From the NCBI GenBank assembly GCA_942493095.1, contig OW818675.1:2460001-2492000 (forward strand): DNA of 32,000 bases, written 5' to 3'. Below are positions 26,174 through 32,000 of the stretch, piece by piece. The DNA is from Candidatus Electronema halotolerans. Its GTDB lineage: Bacteria > Desulfobacterota > Desulfobulbia > Desulfobulbales > Desulfobulbaceae. The notes under the pieces are model-generated. The model was not told where the DNA came from and ran no database searches. It worked only from the letters and a program-made list of their open reading frames with translations. How positions within the stretch are numbered: position 1 is the first letter of the stretch; each line of letters begins with the position of its first letter. The translations under genes and the position numbers were made by a program.

Positions 26174-26917
26174 ATGATCCATCATTTCGAGGTGCTTGAC
26201 TCCACCAGCAGCCATGCCCTTGCCTTGGCCCGGCAGGGCGCGGTGCAGGGCACGGTGGTGCTGGCGGATCAGCAAACTGGCGGACGCGGGCGGGCCGGGC
26301 GGCAATTCTGCTCGCCGCTGGGCGGACTGTACTTCTCAGTCATCCTCCGGCCTGCGCTGGACCCGGTGGATTTCCCGCTCCTGACCTTGGCTGCCGGGGT
26401 TGGACTGGCGGCTGGCTTGAGGCAGGCCGCAGATGTGCAAGTCCTGCTCAAGTGGCCGAATGATCTCTATCTGGCAGAGCGGAAGCTCGGCGGCATTCTC
26501 AGCGAGAGCGGGCTGCTGCAAGGCGGTCTGCCAGCCTTTGTCGTGGTTGGAGTCGGCATCAATGTCAGCGCCCGACCGGAAGACGTTCCGCTGGAGCTGC
26601 GCAGCAAGGTCATCAGCTTGGCCGAGGCAGGCGTGCAGAGCAGTCCGGCGGCTCTGCTGCTGCCGTCCTTGCTGGAAGAGCTGCTGGCGACGGTGCAGCA
26701 GCTTGAGAACAGCGGCAAGGCGGCTCTGCTGGCTGCATGGCGCAGGCTGGATTATCTGTTTGGCAGACCGCTGGAATACGACAGCGGCGAGAAGCTGCTT
26801 CCGGCCAGCGGCGCGGGCTTGGCCGAGGATGGGCGATACAGGATTGTCGATTGTTCCGGCAGAGAGCACCGGGTGATGGCTGGAGATGTCAATCCGATCA
26901 GGACAAGGAAGGGCTGA
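26174..26917 (+). CDS. birA: Biotin--[acetyl-CoA-carboxylase] ligase
   Basis: LDSTSSHALALARQGAVQGTVVLADQQTGGRGRAGRQFCSPLGGLYFSVILRP, LLKWPNDLYLAERKLGGILSE, VVVGVGINVS. Confidence 0.93.
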   Translation: MIHHFEVLDSTSSHALALARQGAVQGTVVLADQQTGGRGRAGRQFCSPLGGLYFSVILRPALDPVDFPLLTLAAGVGLAAGLRQAADVQVLLKWPNDLYLAERKLGGILSESGLLQGGLPAFVVVGVGINVSARPEDVPLELRSKVISLAEAGVQSSPAALLLPSLLEELLATVQQLENSGKAALLAAWRRLDYLFGRPLEYDSGEKLLPASGAGLAEDGRYRIVDCSGREHRVMAGDVNPIRTRKG

Positions 26918-27181
26918 GGGGACAATATCCTGCAAGGGTGATTCGTGAATCGCCCCTGCGAGACTAAAAAATTATCGTGACTGATCATCGGATATCTTTG
27001 AAAAACACTGGCACTTGGCATCGCAACTGGATAAATTGTGAGCAGTAATTTTTGGCGGCCTCCCTCCTTGGCTTGCTGAATCAGGAAACAGCAGCAATTC
27101 GATGACATGACTCACGCATTTTTTGAGACAGCAACACTCGACAAGGGTGCCATCAGAAACATGCACGTATCTCAAATCTAA

Positions 27182-29417
<2,236 letters not shown>

Positions 29418-29421
<4 letters not shown>

Positions 29422-30092
29422 ACAAAACAATTGCTGTCTGCGGCATTGACACCGGGGTTGGCAAGTCGCTTGTCAGCGGCCTGCTGGCCAAGTATCTGCT
29501 GGCGCAGGGCAGAAGCGTCATCACCATGAAGCCGGTGCAGACTGGCTGCGCCGGGCGGTCGGAAGACATCCTCCTGCACCGCCAGCTGATGGGCATTGAC
29601 TGGCAGCCTGCGGATGAGCAGGGCCTGACCTGTCCGTACTGCTTTACCCTGCCTGCCTCGCCGCATTTAGCTGCCGAGCAGGCAGGAGCGGCCATAGAAC
29701 CGGCCCGGCTTGATCAGGCTGCGGACAGCCTTGCCGCCCAATTCGACCAGCTCATTGTTGAGGGCGCAGGCGGTCTGCTGGTGCCGCTGACCCGCTCGCT
29801 GCTTTTTCTGGATTATCTCCAGCAGCGCGGCTGGCCCCTGCTGCTTGTCACCAGCCCCCGGCTTGGCTCGATCAATCATACTCTGCTGTCCTTGGAGGCC
29901 ATCCAACAGCGCGGCATGAATTTGCTTGGTTTGGTCTATAATCTGCACGGCAGTCATCCGTCAGAACTTGTCCGCGACTCGTTCCAAGTGTTTCAGGATG
30001 CGCTGGGCCGCTGCGGTTTTCCGCGAAAAATCGTCCTTCTGCCTGACCGCAGGGAAAGCCGCTCCGTGAACTGGGATGCCCTGTTCTGCTGA
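29418..30092 (+). CDS. bioD: Dethiobiotin synthetase
   Basis: CGIDTGVGKSLVSGLLAKYL, KPVQTGC, VEGAGGLLVPLT; 4-nt overlap with proB. Confidence 0.92.
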
Positions 30093-30171
30093 CTGGCGGC
30101 AAAAATGCTGCGCTGCATTTTTTTTGTTGACAGTCGGCATCAGTTCTGGTAATTTGGCTCCGTTTCCAAGA

Positions 30172-30246
<75 letters not shown>

Positions 30247-30258
30247 CGTGACCATGCC

Positions 30259-30288
30259 AAGGTTCGGACGCTGTTCGAACCTTTTTTT
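30259..30288 (+). terminator. Rho-independent terminator between tRNA-Gly and rplM
   Basis: AAGGTTCG (30259-30266) pairs with CGAACCTT (30276-30283), followed by a T run. Confidence 0.8.
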
Positions 30289-30309
30289 ATTCACATTGAG
30301 GCGCGCATA

Positions 30310-30738
30310 ATGAAAACATACTACACGCCGGTGGACCAGATCGAGCGCAAATGGTTTGTCGTTGATGCTGACGGCAAAGTTCTGGGCCGCATTGCCACGG
30401 AAATCGCTGACCGGCTGCGCGGCAAGCACAAGCCGACCTTCTGCAATTTTCAGGACAACGGCGATTTTGTGATTGTGATCAATGCCGAGCGGGTCCATCT
30501 GACCGGCACCAAATGGGATGACAAAATATATTGGCGGCACAGCGGCTATCCGGGCGGCATCAAAAGCCGGACTGCCAAGGAAGTGCGGCAGAAGTCGCCG
30601 GAAGATCTGATCACAATGGCGGTCAAAGGCATGCTGCCGCATAACAAGATCGGCGCGGCCCAGCTCAAAAAATTGAAAGTCTATGCCGGAACCGAGCACC
30701 CCCATCAGGCCCAGCAGCCGCAACCTTTGGACATATAA
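30310..30738 (+). CDS. rplM: 50S ribosomal protein L13
   Basis: [42 protein letters not shown]...; true start internal to the ORF-track entry at 30202. Confidence 0.96.
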   Translation: MKTYYTPVDQIERKWFVVDADGKVLGRIATEIADRLRGKHKPTFCNFQDNGDFVIVINAERVHLTGTKWDDKIYWRHSGYPGGIKSRTAKEVRQKSPEDLITMAVKGMLPHNKIGAAQLKKLKVYAGTEHPHQAQQPQPLDI

Positions 30739-30750
30739 GGGAGATTAGTC

Positions 30751-31143
30751 ATGGCGCAGGAGCAGACATACGCCACCGGAAAACGGAAAAGCGCGGTTGC
30801 CAGAGTCTGGATCAAACCGGGCAGCGGTCAGGTGGCGGTCAACAGCAAGGCCCCGGCAGAGTATTTTGGCAATATTTTCTTTGAGCCGAAAGTTGCCCAG
30901 CCCTTTGCGGTCACAGAAACCCTTGAGCAGTATGATGTCAAAGCCACTGTGCGCGGCGGCGGCAAGTCCGCCCAGATTGACGCGCTGGCGCATGGCATTG
31001 CCAAGGCCCTTCAGCTCGTCAACCCGGAGCTGCGCGAGTCCTTGAAAAGAGCAGGCCTGCTGACCCGTGACTCCAGAGTCAAGGAGCGGAAAAAATACGG
31101 TCAGCGCGGCGCACGGGCACGCTTCCAGTTCTCCAAGCGTTAA
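30751..31143 (+). CDS. rpsI: 30S ribosomal protein S9
   Basis: [25 protein letters not shown]... and C-terminal [13 protein letters not shown]. Confidence 0.97.
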   Translation: MAQEQTYATGKRKSAVARVWIKPGSGQVAVNSKAPAEYFGNIFFEPKVAQPFAVTETLEQYDVKATVRGGGKSAQIDALAHGIAKALQLVNPELRESLKRAGLLTRDSRVKERKKYGQRGARARFQFSKR

Positions 31144-31180
31144 GAACGGAACACATTTTTTTACCCTGCTGTTTGCCAAG

Positions 31181-31213
31181 GGAGGAACAGGTTTGCCTGT
31201 TCCTCCTTTTTTT
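31181..31213 (+). terminator. Rho-independent terminator after rpsI
   Basis: GGAGGAACAGG TTTG CCTGTTCCTCC (11-bp stem) followed by TTTTTTT. Confidence 0.92.
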
Positions 31214-31295
31214 ATGCGCTCCGACCTGTCAGGAACGAGCAGTCTGCGTTATACTCAAGCCAATGCCACGAGCAACCACTCAAGAGGAACTGACA

Positions 31296-32000
31296 TGGCC
31301 CAAAGAAAACAAGCCAGCCCGCTGAAAAATCTTGCTGTCACTATCCTGATCGTTCTTATTGCCGGAGCCTTTCTGATCCTCAAAGGCAGCACCCCGGAAT
31401 TTCTCCGGCAGTACATTCCGCCCCAGCTACATTCGATTTTCTATCCTGACCAAAGCAGTTCAGGCGGCGGAGTGCAAATCGACAATCTGCCCGCCACCCA
31501 AGGCAACAGCACCATCACTTCTTTTTCCACAGCCAAGACCCAGCTCAAAAAGCTCTATGTCGGTGCCGGACACTTCACCACCTTTTACTGCGGCAGCACA
31601 TTTGACCAAGATTTCAATCTTGACCACAGCAGGAGCGGCTTTCATTATCGCGTGAATGAGGCACGGGCCAACCGGGTCGAATGGGAGCACATTGTTCCGG
31701 CAGAAGCCTTTGGTCAGAGCTTTTCCGAGTGGCGGGACGGCCATCCTGACTGTATGGACAGTAAGGGGCAACCGTACAAAGGCCGCAGATGCGCTTCCAA
31801 GGTCAATGAGCAGTTCAATTTAATGGAGGCGGACATGTACAATCTTGTTCCGGCCATTGGCGAGGTCAACGGCGACCGCAGCAACTACAGCTATGCCATG
31901 CTGGAGGGCGAGGAGCGCGAATACGGGGCCTGCAACATGGAGATCAGAGACCAGAAAGCCGAGCCGCCGGATGACAAATACGGCGACATTGCCCGTGGGT
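31296..32000 (+). CDS. Endonuclease I family protein, 3'-truncated by the window edge
   Basis: Manual translation MAQRKQASPLKNLAVTILIVLIAGAFLILKG...VEWEHIVPAEAFGQSFSEWRDGHPDC...NEQFNLMEADMYNLVPAIGEVNGDRSNYSYAMLEG matches the EndA/Dns pattern with an N-terminal TM or signal segment. Confidence 0.9.

Overview
This 32 kb bacterial window looks chromosomal. I cannot assign a lineage from the sequence alone. Left of about 18.45 kb every supported gene is on the minus strand: relA-like (partial), ppk2, an NAD-linked [NiFe]-hydrogenase operon (hoxF-U-Y-H-W), a stand-alone CBM21-like protein, an HU-like/DUF4469-type protein, a DUF2254-type membrane protein, a very large secreted delta-60/Fn3-like repeat protein, an Rpn/PD-(D/E)XK protein, a decayed helicase, and dnaN. 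Right of it most genes are on the plus strand: B12-binding radical SAM, MTHFS, histone-deacetylase-like, double UspA, birA, obg, proB, bioD, tRNA-Gly(GCC), rplM, rpsI and endonuclease I (partial). The minus-strand exceptions are a metallophosphatase and a permease/arsR pair. The strongest unexplained signals are: (1) at least nine 11-bp DnaA-box-like repeats between dnaN and the radical SAM gene, exactly where gene orientation flips, a candidate oriC; (2) five 16-bp palindromic sites with an exact 23-bp period at 9660-9767; (3) ppk2 flanked by about 71-bp direct repeats of the hoxW 3' end, suggesting duplication or insertion; (4) four Cys-pair repeats that appear nested inside a split Fn3-like domain in the giant surface protein; (5) a relA-like gene with a degenerate HD hydrolase motif; (6) a stand-alone CBM21-like protein. 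I found no CRISPR array and no clear novel defence system.
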